Origin: Takakia lepidozioides
Taxonomy: Eukaryota; Plantae; Bryophyta
Length of the DNA: 64,000 nt
Assembly: GCA_030704615.1 (NCBI GenBank)
Contig: CM060733.1
Span: 10,478,001 to 10,542,000, forward strand
Direction of reading: 5' to 3'
The position numbers were made by a program, and so were the translations under genes. Below, piece after piece: positions 24,895 through 36,324 of this stretch; position 1 is the first letter of the stretch; the number at the start of each line of letters is the position of its first letter. The notes under the pieces were generated by a model. That model saw nothing but the letters and a program-made list of their open reading frames with translations. It had not been told where the DNA came from and did no database searches.

Positions 24895-27800
24895 ATGCAG
24901 AGAAAAAGGAAGAAGGCGGGGGAAAGCCAGCCTGCACAGGAGACATCTGCTCCTGATACTCAAGATGAAGACCCATCTGACAATTACGAAGATAAAGTGC
25001 ATTCACTGATGTACACCTCCAAGGTAAACTCCAGGAAGGTCATAAATTCCATGGAAGTTCGGGACGGCACTCTTATGATTCCCCTATGCAGGATGATTTC
25101 CATGTCTGCCGTTCGTCCAGCCCTGCATCATGATATCAAGAAGCTTCATGGTGATTTCATCCACGGGTACTTGAAGGGCTCCGTAGTTTTTTACGTTTCA
25201 GTGATAGATTTCTAGGGATCGGAGAAAATGGTTGACGAAGATATTATGGCCGGTTGGGATCCGCTTTGGAATGAGGTGAATTCGGAGTTTGAGGCAGAGC
25301 TTTCCTATAACCCATCTCACAGGCAGTGTTTGGGGAAGATGTTCTTCGTATGGGATGGTAATCACTGTTTGGTTGCCTGGATGGAATATATCACGAGAAT
25401 GTATGCCGACAACAAAGACTGGCATCACCGAGTAGTGTCAATGGTTTTGGATCCACAAGGCAGAATAACACAGCTTCTGACTGCCATGCACGATGTCAAC
25501 AAGTAAGTCTTGTTTCATTTCCTTTTATGAACTACATGAAGTCCCTCGCTTCAAGATTCTTGTACTCATTTGCTTTCAATGCAGGGGCACGGAGACATCA
25601 CACGTCACCACGAACATAGTGCATACACTGTTTCGGATGCAAAGTATAGGAGTCATGCCGTTGGAAACATTCGCCAGCGTCTTGTCTGCGGAGACACTGA
25701 AGAAATGCCAAACAATCAAGAAGTCTGAAATTTGGTACAATCTGACGAGGGAAGCTTTCCTCGAGTACTTATACGTGGTAAGACTAGTTCCTTTTCAATC
25801 TTGAGTTGTCTTTCATTTTTGGATTGAAGATGTAATAATAGGCCAACGTTCTTGTGTCACAGCAAGAAATTGCGGATGCTGGAGAGGGAGCGAAGCTAGA
25901 GTATTATGCCACTACTCCGGAGGAAGAGAGAACAGCGAACGGGGTGGAAACCAAAATGAAAGATGAGATGGATACGGCGAGGAAAAACCTCAAAAGTGCG
26001 TTTGACAAGCACATACGAATTGCTGACCCTGGGCTGGGAAAGGGGTTTCTGGAGCATATTTGGATACACTGGAACAAGCCCACCAAGCCTGAGATGACAC
26101 AGGAAAAGATCCACCGTCTGTCGATTTCCATGGTTGAGCCGGCTCAAAAAGTGAGGTGGCTCAAAATCTGGAACTCGGATCCAATCGTCCGGGACACCAA
26201 CAATTTCCCAAAACCGCATAGGGACCCTGAGACAGGAGTGGTGACACCTGTGAGCGACCATGCATTTGAGACATGGTCGCATAAAGCTACCTTCTGGAGC
26301 CAGGTAAGAATTTTCAAACGTTCCACATTGTTCGCAATGACTTCACTGGTTTTTGGGTTTAACCATTGAGGGTACATCTTTGTTTTTGCAGCTAGAGAAG
26401 CGGGCCATTGAAACATTGGAGAAATCACTACTAGACTACAAAATCACCATGACATCTCCCAGCATCAAGTTTGAGTCCTACGTTCGTAAATGGAGAAGGG
26501 AGCTCTGGAAGTATGCATTTTTCCGGGAGTTCGAGAAGGAGGGAGGGATTCTTCGATCTAAAGATTTCGATCATCAGTACAATGGCGAGGAGGCAATGAA
26601 ATGTCTGCTGTGCAGGTGTGTGCATAACTCAATTCTTTTTCTGTGAGGGGGAAATTAAGATGTCGTTGACACCTTAATTTGCGCAATATTGTTAGGCCCA
26701 TTCCTGCTTATACTGGACCTTCTAGCCCTGTAAGGGGGTTCGGTTTAAGGTGGCCTCAATGTCTCCACTTCTGTCCCTATTTTCAACTGTAAAGCAGTCT
26801 TGTGGTGTTCTGTATTGTGTCATTGTCTTTTTTGATTGCTATTTGAGAATGGGAATTAAGGTGTCGTTGACGATACCTTAAATCCATGCTCTCTTGGGAT
26901 GAGCGAGCATATGAAGGGGGATCTTACATGGTCTGATTTGTGGGAAAATTGCCAACATCAGTTGTGGAGTCCTGCCTCTTAGTGCCTGGATTAAGATGTC
27001 ATTGACGACACCTTAATCCTCAGAGTGAAATGCAGCCATTTATAGCAGTTCTATGGCCATTTCTGTTGTGTTCAAGGAAACTCTATAAGTGGGATGGTCT
27101 TCTTCTCTGCAGATACTTTCGCTTTGTTCTTATTCCAGAGAACACCCTGAGTGAAGATCCAGACTTCATTCGTGGATGGGCTAACCCAAACGATGAAACC
27201 ACAATGTACACTGCTGGCATTGTGAAGGACTGGGGTTGGGCACATTACCATGACTGTGGGTGGTACGTGGACTGCCCGAGAGCTTCGACTCCCTGGGAGG
27301 AGAATGTCATGAGGAATCAGAACGAAAACGCAGATTCACTGGCCCCCCGGACAGATGAGGAGTTGCAGCAAAGAGCCTTGGCGCTACTGAATAAGAAAGA
27401 GCCTACAAAACCGGCCACCCCTTCTGACGGCAAGAAGAAAAAGAAGGGGAAACAGACAGTGGAGGCTACAGCGGCTGATGCGGGTACTAGGGCTGTTGGG
27501 GAAGCAGTGGTAGACCCTCTTGACACTGCTGGGCCAGCTGGGGCTTCTGTTCATTTGGCTGTGCAACCTGCCCAGAAACAGCAGACACAGGTCGCCAACA
27601 CATCCACTGATGTAGATCGGCGCAGTACACACATAGCAAAGAAACGCCCTTATGAAGCACGGGTGTGTGTGTCCAGGGTTGTGGGCCCGCACTTCCTGCG
27701 TAAAACGGCCAACGTGAGCTTCCTCCGTATGATGGAGTCAAGAAAGTCCACTTTCGTGGGTGTGAAGTCACCTACATGGGACCATCTGTGCTCTTTCCTC

Positions 27801-28940
27801 ACCCTGGTGAGCCCGCCGCATCTATCATACTCTGGTCATTTTTTATGCATTGTTGGGGGAGTGTAGGTGGTGCATTAAGATGTCGTCAACAACATCTTAA
27901 TATGGGAGGTGCAACGATCACTAGTTCGGGTGTCTCCACTGCAATTTGTCTATCTCATACGATTGCCTGTCCTCATTTCAGGTGACCAGGATGCCATGTT
28001 GGGTGAATGGAGTGCAGTAGCCCTACGCGACAGATCTTGTCATCCTTGACATCCCAGATGGGCTTCCAGTGCCTGATATCATTCCCACAGATGTGACTCT
28101 AGCCTGGAATGCTCATAATCCACTTTACTGGCAGTGGGCCTTCTCTTTCAGCAACAAGTTTCTGTCTGACGCTGGGTCGCTTTTGATTTTCCAGGGTGAG
28201 GACATGGCGTCCCGCCGGTTGCTTCACAGCTACATGAAGTCGTCGGGGTTCAAAATCCGCAAAATTTGGACCTGTGTGAACACCCTGCCACTATCTAATG
28301 CAAAGTTTCCCGGACAGAAGGTGCTCGCCTGGGCTTTTTTGTGTGTTATTGTTTCGTGGAATTTCCCTTCACAACGTTTCTAACATTGGTGCTGCTGCAA
28401 ACACATGTATTCAAGGCCATTTGACTTGCTCGAATTCGGCCAGACACCACTCCTGCTCATGTTGGCCATTTCGACGTTTGGGAAGGGGGGCTTCACATAG
28501 ACCCTGAATGCGACCCTGTGCAATCCGATGTTATCCACAACTATGTGGACTCCTCCCAAACATTGAAAAAAACTGGTGGCATTCCATGGAGAGGTGCTCG
28601 GGAGAAGTCATCCGCTTTCATGCAGACTTTGATTGAGACATGCAGCCGACATGGTGGGAAAGTGGTGGACCTGTCCATGGGTACAGGTTGGTACCCAATC
28701 AGATTCCATTGCTTGGGTGCACTTCTTTGCCTTTAGATTCTGCTTCTTACTTTGTTTCGTGGATCCATTTGCACTGTTGCAGGGGCTTCCTTCCATGCAT
28801 GCAAGTATGCAGGAAGGCATTTTTTTGGGATGGAGGGGGACGAGCATTTCTACTCTCAAGTCATCGCACCTCTGTCTGGGGGTTCATCGCATTCGACCCA
28901 GACTGTGTGGAGCAGGATTTGCAAGAGCCCGATGCTCTAG
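24895..28940 (+). pseudogene. Spliced ParB/Srx-like domain + beta-class N4-cytosine/N6-adenine DNA methyltransferase fusion, disrupted. Predicted exons 24895-25502, 25585-25777, 25863-26303, 26392-26615, 27113-27806, 27982-28320, 28401-28686, 28783-28940 (may extend to about 29318)
   Basis: FFVWDGNH(C)L resembles the ParB/Srx DGxHR motif. DLVILDIPD occupies the motif IV (DPPY-like) position, followed by KFLSDAGSLLIF and REKSSAFMQTLIETCSRHGGKVVDLSMGTGASFHACKYAGRHFFGMEGDEHFY (motifs X-I-II). Motif IV before motif I gives beta order. Intron phases are consistent. Stops at 25213, 28018 and 28422; one acceptor reads CAA (28398-28400). Confidence 0.8.
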
Positions 28941-29767
28941 ATGTTGATTCCGATTTCTCATGTGAGTAAGTGCTAGTTCAGTTGTGGCACTTCACTGACA
29001 CGACGGCACATCCTTCCATTTCCATCTTTCCTGCACAAGTTGGGCCAGCAGAATGTATATGGACTTACATTGTTTGTTTGTGTGTACAGGAGCCCAAGGT
29101 CGTCACGGTTCCAATTTTTCCGAAGTCCGAAAGCAGATTTTAAATTGCCATGTTATGCGGAGGCTGCAGCTTCGGAATTTAGTCTCCTCTCTTCTCCCCC
29201 TAGTTTGCTTTTGAACAGAGAGGGTTTTGTGCAAAGCAGGGCTAGTGTCTTCATAGACAATTCTGCCATCGTTTTGGACGCCGACTCCAGTAGCACAAAA
29301 TATTCTTTGTCGGAATGAATCTTTAGTTATTAAAAAATTAAGTTTGAAGCACCAAATGGCCTCCCCACCTTCTTTGCAACTGTGTGTCAGCAACTATGTC
29401 GAGTTCTGATTGCTGGTGAAAGGACAATCACAACCCTCACCAGTGGGCAGAAGTTCACTCTAGAGCTGGGGGGATTTAGCAACCGCTACTCAAAAATGCA
29501 TCTTAGTTTTGCATTCATCTACAAGCGACATTCATCCATGTACCATTCGTCGAACATCCTTTCATCCCCCATTCATCCATCGTTCATCCATCGTTCATCC
29601 ATAACGATGAATGACGTGTGCATGATAAACTTGACACAACCCGCAGTAATAGGTCCTCTAGGCCGAATAGGTGTCCGCGGTTATAGGTGAGTACATGCAG
29701 ATCCGTGAGCAGAATTCTGCTCACGGAATTTTCTGCTCACGGAATCTGCTCACGGTTTAGCAATCCC

Positions 29768-30792
29768 CTTGATCTGGGTATATACTACCCACGGTGCTCT
29801 AAATTGGAGCTGCAAGGGTTTACAGATTCAGACTGGGGAAACTCGTGTCCAGACACCAGACGTTCAACTGGAGGTTACATCTTCAAATTGGCATCCGGGC
29901 CGATTACATGGAGCAGCAAGAGGCAGCCTACGGTCTCCAGGTCTACAACAGAGGCCGAATACAAAGCGCTCTCTGATGGAGCACAAGAGGGAGTCTATCT
30001 AAAGCGTCTCATCCAAAGAATTGCAACAACATGTCATGCCTCCTGCCCGCATAGAGTGTACGAACTCAGGTATAGCATCAGATCTCAGAAACGCTATAAT
30101 TCCCACTCATCAGGACGTGCACCTCAACTATGACAATGTAAGTGCTATTAAACTTGCAAAAAATCCCGTGTTTCATGCCAAAACTAAGCATTTAGAGATT
30201 CATCATCACTTTGTTCGTGAACGAGTTCTGGAAGGTGAGATCTCAATTCACCACATCGCATCTCAAGACCAATCGGCAGATATTCTGACTAAGGTACTTC
30301 CTCGGATCAAATTTGAGCAGCATCGACGAGCAATTGGAATGAGGTCTTTGGCTAAAATCAAACTTGAGTGAGATTGCTTCCTGCCCCATAGCTAGCCGAT
30401 GGTTGCAATAGACTACTCAGGTTCACTGCGGCACTAAGTTAAGTAGTCTCCTTTCAAGTTTTGTGGCAAATTAATTAGTTGCGTGCGCTAATAGATGTTA
30501 CCGAGCCCAGCTCGAGGGGGGGTGTTGGAAGTTAGCACATTAGGACCATGTTGCCTTCCATCTAGTTAGCTGACTACAACGGAGATTAAGGGAATGTCAG
30601 TCCCATAGCTCTCGGCATGCTCACAAAGTGGCATGCAGACTTGTCTTATACTTAGATCTTATGTGGGCGTTTCTGGTCCATTAGTCTGCGATCAGGTTCT
30701 CACTTATCTAGGTGACTCATCCGTCACCAGTGGACATCTATTTATTCCCATCCCCGTTCGGGGTTAATGGTGAATACACACAAATTTCAACA
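29768..30792 (+). mobile_element. Ty1/copia 3' fragment: RT C-terminus/RNase H, polypurine tract and 270-bp 3' LTR (30523-30792)
   Basis: GFTDSDWG, TRRSTGGY, WSSKRQPTVSRSTTEAEY, DNVSAIKLAKNPVFHAKTKHLEIHHHFVRE, QSADILTK; tract AGGGGGGG then TGTTG...CAACA. Confidence 0.92.
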
Positions 30793-30859
30793 AGAACATC
30801 TGCAAACTGTTTTTAAAACCATCCCCCACATCTTACTGCCTTCTACCAGTAAATCAAAG

Positions 30860-31345
30860 AAAATATGATGCAAGGTGGCCCTGATATTACTTTTGATAAA
30901 AAACCATAGAACATCTAGCCTTCCAGATGTGCCGAAGAGAAAGAACCTTGAGGCAGTTCCAAACTTGGCAGGAATGCCAGGACTGAGAGTTGTAGGTGTT
31001 CAACAACAGAATAAGAGGGTCATCACTGTCAAACCTGCGCCAGTGGCTGTAAAGAGACCTAGACTTCTTCCAAACCTGTTTGGCAAAGGCACATAACACA
31101 AAGCAATGTTCCAAAGATTCCACCACTTGATCAGCACAGGAGAGACAGCAGTTACCTGAGAGGGGCTGAAAGAAAGGGAGAGGGAGAATTCTCTTGCTTA
31201 GTTTCCATAGGAAGGCTGAATGTTTGGCCGCCCGTCGCTTGAGCCAAACATCAGCCCAAATATGAGACCATGAAACCTGCTGAACCCCAAGATGACCCCA
31301 TTTCCTGGAGAGCTTGGCCTTGATTGCCAAGGGGAAGTTTTGCAT
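30860..31345 (-). mobile_element. L1-type LINE 3' fragment (zf-RVT region)
   Basis: WSHIW..., AFLWKL, CLSC...ESLEHCFVLCAFAKQVW (CCHC finger), HIWKARCSMVF. Confidence 0.8.
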
Positions 31346-32538
31346 GCTTGAAAAAAAGGTTTCAGTGTATCATTCACAATATATGTATGAACTTTATTGT
31401 ATATGTATGTACTATCGTAATATATTAGTGATTTAAAACTTGCTCATCATAAAACCACATTGTTTTTTTTTTTTTTTAATAGTATAAATTTTTACTCCCA
31501 TTATTGAACTTTTGAGGTTTCAATAAGTGGGTAAACCATTCATTTCTGTTTCTTGGTTTTATCCTAATTTAACAATAGAAGTGCTATAAAACTTACATTG
31601 AATGTGTGAAGAAAGGAATTAATAAGGTAATATAGAGCACATTCATCAAAAAAACTACTCTAAATATAATGTGTTTTTCCCCTTCCCAAGGGAGCTTAAG
31701 AAATAATGACAATGACAGTTTTCAAGCAGCTGTTTGTTTGTTTGTTTGTTGTTTTTTTTTTTTGTTTTCTTCTGGACAATCTGTGCAGCTTCAAAAAATT
31801 GACGACCAAAGGAGGCAAGGCTATGAACTGTGATGATTATGACATGGCACTATGGCACCTATTCCTACTCTACCCAAAAACTAGTCACGGACCTTCACTC
31901 GCCACTAGTATTTAATAGTGAATCCGGGTAAGAGGAGGTGGGGAGGATTTGACAGGGGGCCCGCCATTGGATCCCATGCCAACCCGCATTGGCCGACAGT
32001 ACCATCAGATAGCGCATGCATTCAGTTCTCACATTATTCCTATTGTTTTCACCTCACAACATTTGGATCTCGAAGTTGAGCACTTCTTTGTAAAATGTAG
32101 TAGTGAAAGGAAAACACAATCTGGTATACAGCCTTTCTAATCAGACAGTAGAACACTGTCAAATATTTCAATTTCTGCGAGTGCAGAGTTCACTAAATGC
32201 CTTCATGGAATGCGACATGACAAATTCACATCAATTGAATAGGGAAGAGAAGGAAAAGCGCCAATGAATACCCGTCCTTGTGCACTCTCCAGATGCATCG
32301 CACAGCCACCATGGGAATCCGAGCTCAACTGACAAACTAGGGACAAACCTGTCTGTACGCTATCCTTCAACGGAAATTTGGTGTTCTAAAATTACAAAGA
32401 GTGCTGACACTTCCCTCAAAGCTATGCACGTGGTCATTCTGTATGTTAAGCGAAGTAGGTGAGGCACATCCTAAATTGCAAATAGCACTACATGTTTACA
32501 TGATGTTTTTACAAGAGTAGAATGTGGGGCACCGAGTC

Positions 32539-35172
32539 TCAGATACCAAGCTTGTCCAGCATATCCACTTGCACCTCAGCCTTGAACCAGGTGGCATTCT
32601 TAAAAAGATACCCATTCTTTTCAGTCAGGATCTCATCCAAATCCTTGCCAAAACAATCCAGGCACATGGCAATGCGCTCCCGCACTTCTTTGCGCACTGT
32701 GTGAGCACCCTTGTAGCGCTGTACAAATGAAGCGCTGCGTGCATCCCACACACACACCGTGATGTCAATGCGCAAAGGGGACTGAGGTGCATTCAGTGTC
32801 ACCAGCCCAATGCTGACCCTGCGCTTGCCATCATGGCAGGTCCGCAGCTGCAACAACCATATGAAAAGATAACCCCCTACCAGAAATCGCTCCGAGCAGA
32901 TTGGTCCTGATGAGTGCTGCAATGTACTCCATTCTTGTAAAGGTAAGCTAAAACAGATAACGCCATGGCTAACCGGTACATCCATGGCCACACATTTGAC
33001 AGGCAATGCATGACGCTCCCGCCTCCGAAACCTGTGGTGGCGAGTGGCAGCTTCAGTGCTCATCTGGCGTTGCTCCTCCTCGGTGCACGCTTTGTACACT
33101 AGTGCCTCCACCAACAGCTCATGCACATATTGTGCCTCAGGAGAACTCAGTAGTGCCTTCAAACGTGGGGTTTCGATAAGTGGCCAGCGGACTAGTGGTC
33201 CAAACCTAATCCATGCTTCTCTTTCATCCACACCGGCCTTACAGTTGACCTTTGTCCACACTCGGAGTGCATGAAATACCGCCTCTTCATGCACTGCTTG
33301 CAGCAGGTCACTGGCTAGCAGGTACTCAAGTGCAGCAAGAGGCAGCACCTTAAAGTCGTCAAGGTGGTCCCACCGCCCAGGATTTTCACCATTCATAACT
33401 GTAGCGGAAGTAAAATGACGTGCCAAAAATGCTACATTGCGCTCCATAAGTCCACGCACCTCAACAGTCTGGTCCACCACACTTGCCAAGTCAAGAAAGA
33501 AGGTGCAACTGGCCACAGTGGGCGTTATTGCATGCAGCAGCTGCAAACAGTGCTCCGCACACGCACAAACTAGAAAACGCTGAGCAAGCAGCCACACTGC
33601 AGCTACCTCCTCTGCACTGCTAGCTGTCAACTGGCTGCTGTATATGAACTGCAACATGTCCACAAAAGGCGCTTTTTCTGCCATTCACATTATCTTGACA
33701 TTAGTGCTCCATTCAGTCACTGCCTGATAGAAAGTTATCTGGTTCATCTCATAGGTCAAATGGAGATATAACTATAGTTTCCTCTTACTGGATTAGAGTG
33801 AGATATCAGCAGCAAACTTTCAGTGATCTGTGATCCTTATTCAAACTGAACTACAACGACATCTAATAAACTGCAGTGATTTCTGACTTGGCAGTGGGTC
33901 CATAAATAAAAGTACAAAAGATTTGAACTCTGCTTCCTCAAATGACCATCTGGATTCATAATGATCTTTCATGTTGTGAACACACCACCACCACTAGTTC
34001 CATGGGAGACCACCTGGACATACACATGTGTAGAAGCTCAGGAGTGACAGCACACCTTCAGGCCGGAGATGGATTGCAATCACCTTCTCTTTTGCTTCTT
34101 TAAAGCACTCGCCGTCAAAAATCCTTCGGAAAAACAGCGACTCTTTGGCCAATATGACAGAATTGACATGGCGGTCCTCTGTTTCTCTCACAGCTGCATC
34201 CCCCTCACTCACCACGGACTCTGCCAGCACCGTCACTGTCACCAGAACAAAGAGACAGTAGAAGTGAATAATCCTTCAGGAGACTCACGAGACTGCCCAA
34301 TCTACTCCCATTTCAGTAGAGAGCCAGGTCAGGGCATCCCTGGTTCACTTTGAAATTTGCAATCTTTGGAAGCATTGAGAGGCAATGCCATAGAAAGGAA
34401 CCAATAGCTGGTTATCACCTTCTTTAAAGGAGATGAACCGGCCTCAGGAGACTATCAGACCACCCATGTCGCAATAGAGTGACAATCAGGGATGACGGCT
34501 CCTCTGTGAGGTTTCTTTTATGGAAATTCACAAGCTTTGGAAGGACTGAAGAGGAAAAGCAAGGTGCCCAAAACTCAATTATCACCTTCACCTTCTGGAG
34601 CTACATGTGTAGAGTGCGACATACATATCAGAATAGTACAGAAAATTCAAGTCTGTCATCCCTCTTTTGGGACATGAAATCTTCAACTTCTTGTAAGCAA
34701 GTCAGCAAAGACCATTGAGGGTCAGAAAGAGTTGTCTGCCTCAGCTTCAGGGTTATCCAAAAACTATCCCAATCAAATGTGAGATAGACTCATCCTATAT
34801 AATTTAAAAGCATGGTACCTATCGTCGCTGAATAGTTATCCTTATGCACCTAGGACCGGAATCTGCACTGACATAACCGGAGTAACAAATGAGACGGATG
34901 TCAAAGTGCTTTCAAGATCTTAGAAAACCTTCATTGTATTGTCCTTGCAATTCAAATTTGTTGGAGAAGAGATGTTTACCAGGTTCACAAAGAGCTTCAG
35001 AGGCTGCCGTGGAGATCGTGGAGATAGAGGACGTGGAGTCGCAGCGGCGGCGCTTCAATGAACGGCAAGCCTCACCATTGCTGCTGCCTGGGCGCCTCGC
35101 ATCGCTAACAATCAAACGCAGGAGCCGGTCTGAGTATTTGGGGTCGTTGAAAGCAAAATCGAACGACCCCAT
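32539..35172 (-). CDS. BTB/POZ-BACK protein with C-terminal MATH-like region, POB1/LRB-like (exons 35172-34980, 34220-34056, 33677-32539; about 498 aa)
   Basis: FAFNDPKYSDRLLRL, HVNSVILAKESLFFRRIF, MLQFIY, LPLAALEYLLASDLL..EEAVF, RHHRFRRR, SERFLVGGYLF; phase-1 introns keep the frame. Confidence 0.85.
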
Positions 35173-36324
35173 CCCCTCATGTACCCATTTACAAGACCCT
35201 TCTCTACAAGAGCACCAATCCGCCCAAACACGAAGAATGAAGACCCACAATCAAGACTGTGGTGAAGAGAATATGAAGTGGGTGTACAAGCTCTCTACTC
35301 TTACAATAAGCTGCAACTCATGGCCACCTCTCATAACAGAAAGGTGAGGAGCCACAAGCAACAGGGCTGCAACGGTTCCGCTGGCCTGCTCTGCTGCAAG
35401 ACAACAGTACATATCACACGGGACCCACTCTCGCACATCCCATGAAGATGTCGGTCGGGTCTCGGTACTCTAGACACAACACATCCGCTCTGAGCTGTTA
35501 CTAGCTTCTTCTACGTGGCAATTGGGACCCACCCCACAAAGCCCGCGCCTTCCACCATCTCATCTCCACCCTCCCAAACGCACTCATCCTAGGCTACCTC
35601 CATCTTCCCAAAGCATGCTCTCTAGTGGTCATGATATGGGTTAGTTAGCATTCTCCCATCACATCTTTCAGCTCTTTGCACAATGAGTATAATCTCATAT
35701 CGGGAACATGGTTAATCATGGATAAGACTGTGACCCGGATGCAAACAAAGTGTCTACCTAACTACAACCTAAATTGACTGCAGAACTGCATTTAAGAGAG
35801 TCAAGTGCCATTGAAGAACATGGAGGAAGGCAAGTCTTTTCAAAAGACCCTCCTAGTACTCCCACCATAAGCGACTAAATAGCACATCATGTTTGTAATG
35901 AGTGACAGTTTGACCCATAGAGCAGTCCTCTCTAGATCTTTGGAACCATCGAAACCAGAAGCTATGAGTGCCTAGAGTGAGCTAAAGCTAGGGCAACCAA
36001 ATTTTGCTACTCAAAGAGTATCTAACGAACAAAACAACACACCTCCGCAATATTGGGAGAGACATGGGACGAGTAGTGAGCCATGACTCCCGTCTTAGGA
36101 CGAAAAACCAGTGTCTGTGTTTTTCCAAGCTTGTGATTCAATCTTCTCTAGAGACTTTCCATGGACAGTAGTAGTGTGCAGAGGTAGGGGGTTGGGGTCG
36201 CACTCAGGGCCTGCGTACGAACGAGACAGCGAAGTGATGTGAGAGGACAGTGGAGTGATGTGATGGGTTTGCAAGAAGGGGTGGCGTGGTCACACGGGGT
36301 CTTTTAGGGTGAGGTTGGACCGGC

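Noticed and set aside
20281-29767. Bacterial or phage contamination explaining the ParB-MTase
   Set aside because: The gene has phase-consistent spliceosomal introns and is contiguous with plant transposon fragments.
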